Shown here: positions 54,383 through 64,000 of the stretch, piece after piece
How positions within the stretch are numbered: the stretch's first letter is position 1
How the letters are laid out: each line of letters starts with the position of its first letter
NCBI RefSeq assembly: GCF_036321535.1
Contig: NC_087436.1
Coordinates: 28,088,001 to 28,152,000 of the forward strand
Direction: 5' to 3'
Length of the DNA: 64,000 nucleotides
From: Camelus dromedarius
Taxonomy: Eukaryota
Notes under the pieces: model-generated
What the model saw: only the letters and a program-made list of their open reading frames with translations
Database searches by the model: none
Told to the model about the DNA's origin: nothing
Program-made: the position numbers and the translations under genes

Positions 54383-56345
54383 TCATCCCATGACATAGGG
54401 CTACACTTGAAAGCTCCATTATTGTCCCTCCTATGTGAAGGTAAATTGATCTTAGTTGTCAGAAACCGGTACTTATTGGAGTCTTTCTAACAATCTTGTT
54501 GAAAATGAAGCACTTGTGCAGGAACACTTTTGTAAAAGCATCAAAGTAAAGCAGTAACTGTCTGTAAATGACCAAAGACATTAAAATGGCCATGTTTAAA
54601 GATCTGATGAGAGTTCATTATAACGCAATTAACAAAGAAGTTTGGTTTTTTTCTGTAATGTACATTTTAAAATTATTACTGAGGGTGGGAAGGGATAGAT
54701 GGGATTTCAAAATTGTAGAACAGATAAACAAGATTATATTGCATAGCACAGGGAAATATACACAAGATCTTACGGTAGCTCACAGAGAAAAAAATGTGAC
54801 AATGAATATATGTATGTTCATGTATAGCTGAAAAATTGTGCTCTACACTGGAATTTGACACAACACTGTAAAATGATTATAAATCAATAAATAATGTAAA
54901 AAAATAAAATAAAATTATTACTGATAACATTACACCAAGACATAACAGAGTTTTTGGAATTTCATACAAATATACCCCAAGGAATGTTTAGTAGAACTTT
55001 GTATTGAGAATACTTCCCATGTGATTTAACATATCAAATAAGCCTAATGAGTTTGATATTTCTCTTTTATAAGGAGAGAGGACACATCTTTTGAGATGTT
55101 CCAAGGATCCTGTGGAAAATTCCAAAGTTAGTTCTAGATTGGTAAGACTTCATTTAGCTTTTGCTTTTGAGGAATTCTGTCAAAAATATCAAAAGGTTTA
55201 AAACATTTGATTAAGTAGGTTCATAGATCACTGTGCAACAGTGTTTAGTTATACATTTAACCAAACTGACAATTAAAGAAACTTCAAAGGCAAATGCAGG
55301 AAGTCACATAGTTGCAAAACAAACAAATAAAAGACAAAAACCAAAAAACAAACTTAGCTCTTTTAACAGAGAAGAGTAAGTTTTCTTAAGTGTTCAAAGA
55401 CCTGATAAAGACAAAACACAGTCTTTGTTTTCTATGCAGATTACTTTAACAGTAAAAACAAACAAAAAACAAACAAAAACTTTTCATTAATAATTTCTTA
55501 AGAGCAGACCAATAATCTAAGAAACTTTATTGTTTTAACAGAGAGAAAACCGAAATCAAATTCCACACCAGTGTATGTTAAAATTCTCCTTTTTAAAATT
55601 CTTTTTACCTTAAATGTATTCCGATCTTAGCATGACTACACATAAAATTCCTTTCTCAATAAACAGTCTTTTTTCACAAACCTTCTGCAAAGTTCAATCA
55701 ACTTTTGTCTTTTTTTTTTTTCCTTTCCAGAACAGCCACTTACTTTAGGACAGAATGATTTTTTACCCCATGTCCTTCATATTTTTTCTTGTTCAAAAAA
55801 AAAAAAAAATTCTACTTTCCTTATTTTTCATATATATTCATTTTTTCATCCTTATTATTTCTAGTAATTTTGTAAAACACACAAAAAACTTTAGCTCTTT
55901 TATAAATCAAGTTTGGCAATTTTTCTACCTTCTAGAGGTAGAAAAATATCACACATATACAACATACATCTACAGACATACATAAACCTCTAGGCAGACA
56001 CAAATTCATAGCTTTCATTCTAAAACTTTAAGCATGCATCAGGTACCCACGCAGATGGCTAAAATTTTTTATTGATATTTGTTATAAAGGCTATGGACTA
56101 GAATTTTGGGCAGGGGAACTTCTACAGTAGGCTATATTTTAAAAAGTCTCTTTCTCCCTTTTTTTCTTCAGTCTCAATAGGCAGTGTTTTAGTTATCTCC
56201 TGGGGTGTTTACATCTCAAAGACATGGTAAGATTTACAACTTTAAGAAACAGAGAAAGAATGCAAGTTTTCTCCTAGGAGTTTGGGGTATTTATTATCAG
56301 AAGTCTAGGATAAGTGCTGGTGAAAATTTTTCATTGTATTAGACA
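54383..56345 (-). mobile_element. Non-coding ERV internal sequence (MER4/MER34-group-like)
   Basis: AT-rich, ORF-less sequence with motifs I recall from MER4-group internals ('gtcaaaaatatcaaaaggtttaaaacatttgatt', 'agagcagaccaataatctaagaaacttt'). Recognised from memory only. Confidence 0.55.
54683..54909 (+). mobile_element. Young, severely 5'-truncated L1 3' end with perfect 15-bp TSD
   Basis: 'gggtgggaagggatagatgggatttcaaaattgtagaa…tttgacacaacactgtaaaatgattataaatcaataaa' plus A tail, flanked by taaaattattactga at 54668-54682 and 54910-54924. Confidence 0.9.
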
Positions 56346-56922
56346 TTAGACAGCATGAGGCACCCCATTCATTTCCTTGTCAATGACCACAACATCCTCC
56401 CCTCTGCTCTCTTCACTGTCCCAGGGATTCTACCTTTTAGTATCCTAGTCAGGCTTTGTCACAAGTGCTCAAACCTTCATCTATGGCAGTTTGTGCCATC
56501 CTAGGTTTGCAAAACAGCCTGCTAAGCTCTCCAAGTTATTGTCCTGCCTTCCCACCTTATATGCAAGCCTCGAAGCTAGCAGAGTAGTGGAAAGCTGCAT
56601 GTCCTTCTCTAATCTCAGCTTTCCTTCCAATTTTCTAACTTGAGTTTCAGCCTCTAGTTGGACATTAGTGTCCAGCCAAATAGTCCACAATAGAGGCCAG
56701 CTCTCCATGAACCATTAATTTCACTCCATTGCCCCTGTGCACTATTCTCAGTTCCCCAATCAAGCACATTAAAGCATCCAGCATTTTCAGGGTGTCCCTG
56801 TAGTCACATGATGATCTACAAGCATCTAACACATGAGCCACCCCTCCCATGTAGAGCTTGATGGCCAACTAGGAATTTTCTCCCAAAGTTGACTCTGTCC
56901 CAAGTCCCAAGTTTCTTATAGT
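56346..56922 (-). pseudogene. Degenerate ERV-L-like leader/gag N-terminal remnant
   Basis: Lies directly 3' of the PBS. The ORF 56481-56708 (SWPLLWT…EAETQVRKLEGKL…) has the W-P-L-L plus coiled-coil-like pattern of ERV-L gag. Confidence 0.5.
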
Positions 56923-56940
56923 CTCCTGGCTTGCTTGCCA
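56923..56940 (-). promoter_or_regulatory. Retroviral primer-binding site, tRNA-Arg(ACG) type
   Basis: Minus strand TGGCAAGCAAGCCAGGAG matches 16/18 of the complement of the tRNA-Arg(ACG) 3' end (TGGCGAGCCAGCCAGGAG) and sits 2 nt after an LTR-terminal CA. Confidence 0.75.
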
Positions 56941-56942
56941 AC

Positions 56943-57358
56943 TGTTTGTTTATAATCTCCTTGGGAGTTTCCATGGTATAATCAGAAATTAGCCCTCAGA
57001 CTCAGTGGGCAGGGAGAGTCTGAAGAAGAGGCAGACCATTCCAGATTGCTAGGCTGCCAGTTTAATGAGCAAGGGAACATACTTATGAGGGTTATCATGG
57101 GTGACTGTAAAATGAGTAGATTTCCACTCCCCACCACCAAATCTTAAAAGTTTATATAGAGTCCTTAACTGGGTTCAGTCAGGTATACCATCCAGACAGT
57201 ATCCATACTATATTTTCACCTCAAGACAGCTTCTGGGAACAGGGAACGGAAATGCAGCACATTCCAAGGACAGGGGAGGGGATGGGGAGCTTCCATTTGC
57301 CTGGCTCCAGCTCTAGGGTCAACAGGCAGCAGTTCTATCCTGATGGCCTCCCTCAACG
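56943..57358 (-). mobile_element. 5' LTR (about 416 bp) of the ERV remnant
   Basis: Minus strand starts (c/t)GTTGAGGGAGG at the L1 junction, has TATATAAA (about 57150-57157) and ATTAAA (about 57061-57066), and ends …AAACA before the PBS. Confidence 0.75.
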
Positions 57359-57962
57359 CTATCTTTATATCATTTTTGGTGAGTTATCTGTTAAGGTCTT
57401 GGCCCATTTTTTAAAAATCTGGTTGGTTTGTTTTCTTATTTTTAAGTTTTCAGAGTACTTTGTAAACATTAGATAATAGTCCTTTATCCAATGTGTCATT
57501 TCAAATATTTTCTCCCAGTCTGTGGCTTGTCTTTTTATTTCCTTAGTGTGCAATTTTTATATGTCATTGGATTTGATTTGCTAATATTTTTTGGAAATTT
57601 TTACATCTATATTCATGCGATATTGGTCGGTAGTTTTCTTTTATTGTAATCTCTCTCTGTTTTTGCCGTTAGGATAATGTTGGCCTCATAGTTGTGTATT
57701 AGTATTCCCTCTATTTCTATCTTTTAAAAGAAATTGTACAGAATGGTATAATTTCTTCCTTAAATGTTTGAAAGATTAACTAATGAACCCATCTGGACCT
57801 GGTACTTCCTGTTTTGAAAGAGTATTACTGGCTCAGTTTTTTAACAGAAATAGGCCTTTTCAACCTATTTCTTCTTGTGTGACTTTTGGCAAATTGTGTC
57901 TTTCAAGGAATTGGTCCCTTTTATCTAGGTTAACAAATTTGTGGGGATAGAGTCTTTCATAG
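57359..57962 (-). mobile_element. L1 ORF2 fragments (L1MC-like), rearranged
   Basis: ORF 57365-57553 gives 'KRQATDWEKIF…KKWAKTL'. The segment 57555-57960 corresponds to a more 5' ORF2 region ('gatttgatttgctaatattt…atctatattcatg'). Confidence 0.8.
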
Positions 57963-59909
57963 TTAGTGTTTGTTTGTTTGTTTTAATCTGCTTTAACAAT
58001 AACTTGAAGAGCACAACTGTTTCCTTAATAAGAATTTTGGCTTTGTCTAAATCTTGTATTTCTGTTAATTTTTGATTTTTATATTTTAATCTGCATAATT
58101 AGCGCATACAATTTTTGGACTGTCTTAAGTTTATGTTGCATTGGTATTCTTAATATGTAATAATCCTTCTTATTTACAGTAATTATGTCATCTTAAAATT
58201 TATATATACAGTCTGTCTATTGTCCTTTTGTATATTCAGTCTCTCAGTACTATAAAGAATATTTATATCTGAGTCCAAAGTTTCCTATTTCACACACCCA
58301 AAAATATCTGAATATGTCTAAATCTGATGTATCTTGCCTTGATGATACCTACATTTTGGGATGGTGTTTATGATATTCATCTTCTTTAAATTTATAATTT
58401 GTTGTGACTACTTTCCCATTGCAAACAAATACTACCTTTTATATCTAACTTTTATATTCATAATTTTGTATAATAGTACCTAAGAAGCCCAACCCCAAAT
58501 TATAAAAGCCTCAAATCCAAATTTTGGGGTCTAATTCTAGCTTGTGCAATTGGGCCAATAGTGCTATTTATGTGAATAATTGGAAGAGAAGAAAGTTGGG
58601 GATCAGAACTCACAATTTTGATTTGAACACATGCATACTTTGATATCTATTAAGCACTATAAAAGAGATGTCAGGTACTTTTTTAACATAAGAATCTGGA
58701 TATCTATTAAAACACATAGTTCTGAATTGGATCATATTAGGAAATAATCCAGATAGAAGAGAGCCTAGGACCAAGATTTGAAGTTTGTCAACATTTAAAA
58801 GTTTGGTTGAGGAAAAGATTCATTTAAAAAGAGAGAAGAGGTTAGTGAAAAAGCTCTGTAACCTCTTTGTATTGCTTGAATTCACTTCTGGAGTAACGGG
58901 ACCCTTTGTTTGAATCAAACATTTCGATGGGTCTTCTCTATTCAAAGTTAAAATCAAGATCCTATTCAGGAATGTTCAATAGGGTTCTAACTGCTTGCAT
59001 AATAATATGAAAAGATTTCTTTATTGTGTGCCTGGTAATAGGTAACATCTTTCATATGTGATTGCCTTTAGGAACTTTTTCCCCTTGATATAGATTTGTA
59101 CTTCACTGCCTGTGTAAATGGTTATTAGAAGCAATTGTATTCTCTCCAGGAGATTAGGGGCAGATCCGTAGGAAATGGGGCTTATCTTGAACACATATTA
59201 CTGGGGCACACAGAAGCTGACCAGACTGGCAATGTCAAACCATTCTGGACTTTTCTGCTGTATACCTTACATGGCACTGGAGACTTTAAATAACTCAGGC
59301 TTTGCAAAACGCACTATTGTCAGCATTTTCTTTAGCGTTTCCCCCCTTCAGCTTTGAAAGAAATGACCATTTCTCCTATCAAATAAGATACAGTTACAAT
59401 TCAGAGTTGTGATGCCTTGAGGGAAGAAGCATTTGGTAATGAAGAAGCATATAAAAGAGGACTGCAGATTTAGGGGTTTGAGGAAGGAAAGTTTCTCAGA
59501 GGAACTGACTTCCAAACTGAGAGTTTAATTTAACAAAGAAGCAGAGATGGGTGGAGAGTGTGCGGGCAACATTGCTCCAGAGGCAACGGTACATAGGATA
59601 TTCCACAGACAAGTGTAATTGTGTGCAAATGAGGAAAGGGGAAGGTGTGAATCTGCATCATAGAAGTGAAAAAGGTACTGCTAATTGCAGCTGCCAAGCT
59701 GAGTGGGGCTAGTATCAGAGAATCTCTGAAGGGATATGGCATGCTAACTTTGAGACTTTAAATTTCTTGTTATAATTTATTTTATTTTATTGTTGGTAAT
59801 AATGTTTAAATTACCTGTCTCAGCTTGTTTCACTCCTGCAGAAGTTTAGGAGTGTGTGGACCATTTCAAAATGAAGTCAACTCCAGTCAAAACTATTTTA
59901 TGTCCAGGT

Positions 59910-60386
59910 CATCATTATCCAATAAAATGTAATCCAGGCTGCTTATGCAATTTTACAATATTAAACATTTTTAAAAGCTTAAAAGAAACAGGTGAAATTA
60001 ATTTTAATATCTATTTTATTTAACCCAAATATGTAAAATATTATATGTCCCACTTAGTCAGTATAAGAATTATTGAGATATTTTAGGTGTCTCATGTTTA
60101 GCAAAATTTTACTTTCTTCTTTTTTTATACTAAGTCTTCAAAGTCTAGTGTATATTTTGTATTTATAGCACATCTCAATTCTGATGCTAAGTTTTCAATG
60201 GCTAATAAAAGAAAATTTAACCCTTTCAAACAAAAAAGTTGTATTCAACAGAAAAATATTCAACATGTATCAAAATTTAAATTTAAATTAATCAAAATGA
60301 AATAAAAAAAATTTTAGTTGCACTTACCATATTTCAAATACTCAATAGCCCCAAGTGGCCAGTAGTGACCATACTGGAGAGCACAC
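59910..60386. mobile_element. hAT-Charlie DNA transposon (Charlie1/MER33-like)
   Basis: Ends 'tccaataaaatgtaat…aaaagaaacaggtgaaattaattttaat' and 'tcaaatactcaatagccccaagtggccagtagtgaccatactggagagcac'. Confidence 0.8.
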
Positions 60387-61109
60387 ATTTAAGCTCATGG
60401 TTCCTTTGAAAATACAACTTTCTCAAAACCTTTAGTGTTCTCACTTATTTGAGTTATTCATTTTTAGGTTCTGATAGTTACTCTCAGTTTATTGTTAAAT
60501 ATGCCTTTCTCTTACTTCTCTCCCTTGGCTTAAAGTTGTCTATATTATCAAAGAAATTATGCCCCTGCCTTTTTTGCACTGGGCCATTTTGTCCAAGTGA
60601 AAAGGTTCGCAGGATGGTCCCTAAATCCTTTCAGATGCTTTAACAACACTGTGGCAGCCATAACATTCATTTCAGTCTTGCAGCAAGGATGTATTCTAAT
60701 CAGCCTTTATCAATTAATGGCCCTGTTAGTTTGGTCTTTTGTAAACTGGTTATGAGAAACAGCTGCTTCTTCCAAACCTGTAAGTCTCTGAATTTCTGTT
60801 CTTTTTCCTTCTGCTTGCTACCATGCTTATATTTTCTGAGATCATCTCTTTGTAGTTATTTGTCATTTATAGCCAAAACATACTGCTAGCATTTTGTTTT
60901 CCAACCTCTTTTCTAGATCTGAAAGTTTATTAAATACATTTTCTGTCATATAATTATAACAGGTGAGAATTCAACTATTTCATAAGTGCATAATACAGAT
61001 TGCCATTCTTCCAGATTACCATAACAGTTTCTCACAACCTGCAGCTAGTTCATAAGCCAGTCCTATATATGTTAATTCAACTGTCTTCTTTTCTACATTA
61101 TGTAATAGT

Positions 61110-61490
61110 TTCTACATTACTCAGCGGCAGAATCGGTTAATTTATGCTACACAATCAACTACACCCGTATCGCAGTGGCTTAAAACAAAGGTTTGTATTG
61201 CGCTCATGCTAGCAGTCCGTGATAGGTCTGCTCATGTGCTGTTTTTCATAACCACTTAGAAAGCTAGGCTGAAGCAATAACTGCCATCTCAAATACTGCT
61301 TGTTGCCATACCAATTGGAAAGAATACTCTAGAGGATCTCAAACCAGTAATTAAATTCTATGACTAGATAGTGACATAGATCACTTGTACTCACAACTCT
61401 GGCCAGAGCAACGGGGACTTGTGTGTAATCCAAACATGTGCCCAGAGGAGAGGCAGAGATACCTGGTGATAAATATTAATGACAATTGTG
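61110..61490 (-). mobile_element. Old MaLR LTR (MLT1K/L-like), possibly with adjoining internal sequence at about 60450-61110
   Basis: 'ttatgctacac…cgcagtggcttaaaacaaaggttt…ctcatgct…gtgacatagatcacttgtactcacaactctggccagagc'. Confidence 0.55.
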
Positions 61491-62289
61491 GAAACTCTGG
61501 TAATAGAATTCAGGAAAGAGAAGGAAACTATAAGATAGATGTTTGTGACCTCAATTATTAAAGGAAAATGATTAGAAGGATGGGCATGAGTGGAACAGCT
61601 TAGACAGGATGAGCTTCAAAAGCACGATGCTCACATACCTAAGAGTAGAGAAGTTAAGATTTGGAAGGGGCACTGAGTAACAAAGGTAATGCTGACTGCT
61701 TCCTCACCTCAGTAACATTCCTGACCTGGTAGAGTGGATGGATCAGTTCTCTCTCCTAAAGAGGGCCTTTAATGTAACATCTTTAGGGCATTTTTAGTAT
61801 TCAATTAGGAAAGAACATGGAGATATTTTCATGCTACGAGTTTTATTTAGTAATTTATTTGTAATAGAAAGGAAGTTTCAAAACACCTAATGGTGGCATT
61901 TAGGTTAAGGGCATGAGTGGAATAATGTAAGCTGTGGAAGGAATCACAGATAGGGCAATATGTTTTTGTTCAGTGCCTAAGGGGAGAAATATGGATGGAA
62001 TTAGCTGATCCCAGGGTTCCAAACAATAATGGCAGAAAGAAAGCAAACAAGTTATAAAGTTCACAAAACTCATGAAAAGTTCTTGAGTATGGTTTCTGAC
62101 TCCTTTGAGAAGATCAAACTGCAGACTCCCAGTATTAACTTCTTCTGTTACTCTTAGAGTGGTAATAACTCAAACTCTCCCTTTTTGTAACCCACTAAAG
62201 GCTTAATGACCTCATCTGTTTTATTGAACTCATCCATTAGAGAATCATTTTCTATACAGTAGGCATCAAAATTCAATCGAGATTTTATG

Positions 62290-63190
62290 ATAATTCAAGG
62301 GTAACCTCCAACAGGAAGCTTTCTCTGACTTTGTCAGGCTGATAGCCAGGACCCTCAATGCTTTCACAGCTATACAGGCCTACCTAATTTGTCCTGCGCT
62401 TCTGCTTGTGCTGCTGTTCAGTCTGCTTTCAATACTGCAGCCATTTTATTTTATTTTGTTTATTTTTAAATGACTTTTAAAAACATAACTTAAAGAAGTT
62501 TTTTAATAGAGGTGCTGGGAATTGAACCCAGGACCTTGTACCAGCTAAGCACGCAATCTACCTCTGAGCTATATTCACCCTCCAATACTGTACCCATTTC
62601 AAAGCAGAAGTCAAAACGCCAAATCTCTGCTCAAAACTCCATAGTTGCTCCCATTTTAATTCAAGCCTATGCCAAATGCCTTACAGTTGCCCTCAAGGTT
62701 TTACAAGATCTCATCTCCTTTATCTTTTTTTTTTTTTCCCCTGCTTCTCCTTGTTCATTTTGCTTCACTTACCCTGACCTTCTTAATTTTCAGAATATTC
62801 ACTAGGTGGGATTGTGCCTTAGGGACTTGGCACTGGCTTTTTCTCTGCCCTGGAATACTCTCTCCTGAGATATCTATATAGAAAACTGCGTAACATTCTT
62901 CAAATCTTTGCTATAACCCACCCTATCAGATAAATCTTACCAACATAGTTTAAATTACTACCTTTAAAACCTGCACACCCTTACTCTGCCCTATTTTTTC
63001 CTATTGTTCATATCATATACAATATAATTATCTTCTTTTATTATGTTAGTGTTTTATTGCCTGTTTTCCTTGCACTAATGTGAGGTCCACAAAGGCAGTT
63101 ATTTATATATATTTTTTTCTTTTTTTTTGCTCACTGATATATCTCAGAAACATTAAGTGTGGTAGGAAATTAAAAGTTACATATAGAATG
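62290..63190 (+). mobile_element. L2 3' region, interrupted by a SINE
   Basis: 'ctctgctcaaaactccatagttgctcccatt', 'ttagggacttggcactggc…ctgccctggaatactct' and 'atgtgaggtccacaaaggcag'. Confidence 0.75.
62447..62582 (-). mobile_element. tRNA-Ala-derived SINE (camelid Vic-1-like) with 17-bp TSD
   Basis: Minus strand GAGGGTGAATATAGCTCAGAGGTAGATTGCGTGCTTAGCTGGTACAAGGTCCTGGGTTCAATTCCCAGCACCTCT has Pol III A and B boxes and an A-rich tail. TSD caatactgcagccattt (62430-62446) / caatactgtacccattt (62583-62599). Confidence 0.88.
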
Positions 63191-63734
63191 AATTATGTTA
63201 TTTTAATATGTATTTAACTTTTCTGTCTTCCCAACCAGTCTTGGTCTAGGAACCAGAGTTCAGTCTTACCTTACTTTTCAGCAAAGGGACCAAAAATCAG
63301 AAGACAAATGATGCCAAGAAGACTTGAAATGATGTGTAAAGTATGTGACATACTTGCCATATTGCATATTTGCAAAAGAGATGTTTTTGAAAAGTATAAT
63401 ATTTTAAAGTAATGAACTAATATCTATCTTTCAGTAAAATGGAAACCTAGGACATTTTTATAATTCTAAAAGTGCAATTTATCATTTATTTAAGATAGTG
63501 ATGTTGCACAAGAGACAACATAATTGAATTGCCCAATTTACCTTCAGTTATCTGTTATCTACAGGTGCAAGACAGGTTGTATTTGTCAAATTACCTCTAC
63601 AAATTTATAATCCCACTTTATTTATTTTCATTGTTTTGTATACCTGCTCAAAATAATGTGCAATAGAACTGTTTTCTGAAAATCCTAATACAGATACTTA
63701 ATCACATATTTTCTGAGTGAACACTGGTCTTGTC

Positions 63735-63825
63735 TTTTCTTTCTCTCTCCTCCATCTGTCTCTGTCCCTCCCTCCTCCCTCCCTACTTTCCTTTCCATTC
63801 CTTCCTCTCTTTCTCTCTTTCTTTT
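63735..63825. repeat. CT-rich low-complexity tract
   Basis: Nearly pure pyrimidine run. Confidence 0.85.
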
Positions 63826-63829
63826 GATC

Positions 63830-64000
63830 CACACAAAAATGGCTGATTTTTGACAAAGCAGCAACAAAATTTAATGTAAAAGGGTAGTCTTTTAAACAAA
63901 CAACCTTGGAATATCTGGACTTTCATATGCAAAAAAAAAAAAAAATAATAAACCTCAGCCTATATCTCAAATTTACATCAACTTTATACAAAATTAATTC
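63830..64000 (+). mobile_element. L1 ORF2 fragment running off the window end
   Basis: 'ctgatttttgacaaagc…tagtcttttaaacaaa…atatctggactttcatatgcaaaaa…tatacaaaattaattc'. Confidence 0.7.

Noticed and set aside
62507..62583. tRNA-Ala-like gene
   Set aside because: Stems are disrupted, and the A-rich tail and TSD identify it as a SINE copy, not a tRNA gene.
1..64000. CRISPR arrays, operons or other prokaryotic systems
   Set aside because: There are no regularly spaced repeats or gene-dense regions; the sequence is eutherian repeat-rich non-coding DNA.

Overview
AT-rich, CpG-poor mammalian DNA with no CpG island and no intact protein-coding ORF, rRNA, true tRNA or CRISPR array that I can support. 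Most recognisable sequence is decayed transposable elements: L1 fragments of several ages, L2, MIR, MaLR (MLT1) and ERV LTRs, two ERV-L-class proviral remnants and hAT DNA transposons. A tRNA-Ala-derived SINE and an L1 3'-end type suggest a camelid genome (inference). The window looks like an intron of a large gene or intergenic DNA. The ORFs in the supplied track are L1 ORF2 pieces, retroviral gag/pro relics or chance ORFs. The most notable signals are minus-strand splice-site-bounded candidate exons (15369-15644, 5188-5208), an ERV-L protease/PPT/3' LTR relic (about 22.9-24.4 kb), a nested mosaic ERV with a tRNA-Arg primer-binding site (54.4-57.4 kb), a solo LTR with a 6-bp TSD (7296-8105) and several insertions with readable TSDs. 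I found no convincing novel biological system. Repeat subfamily names come from remembered consensus motifs, not a database search, and boundaries of old elements are approximate.
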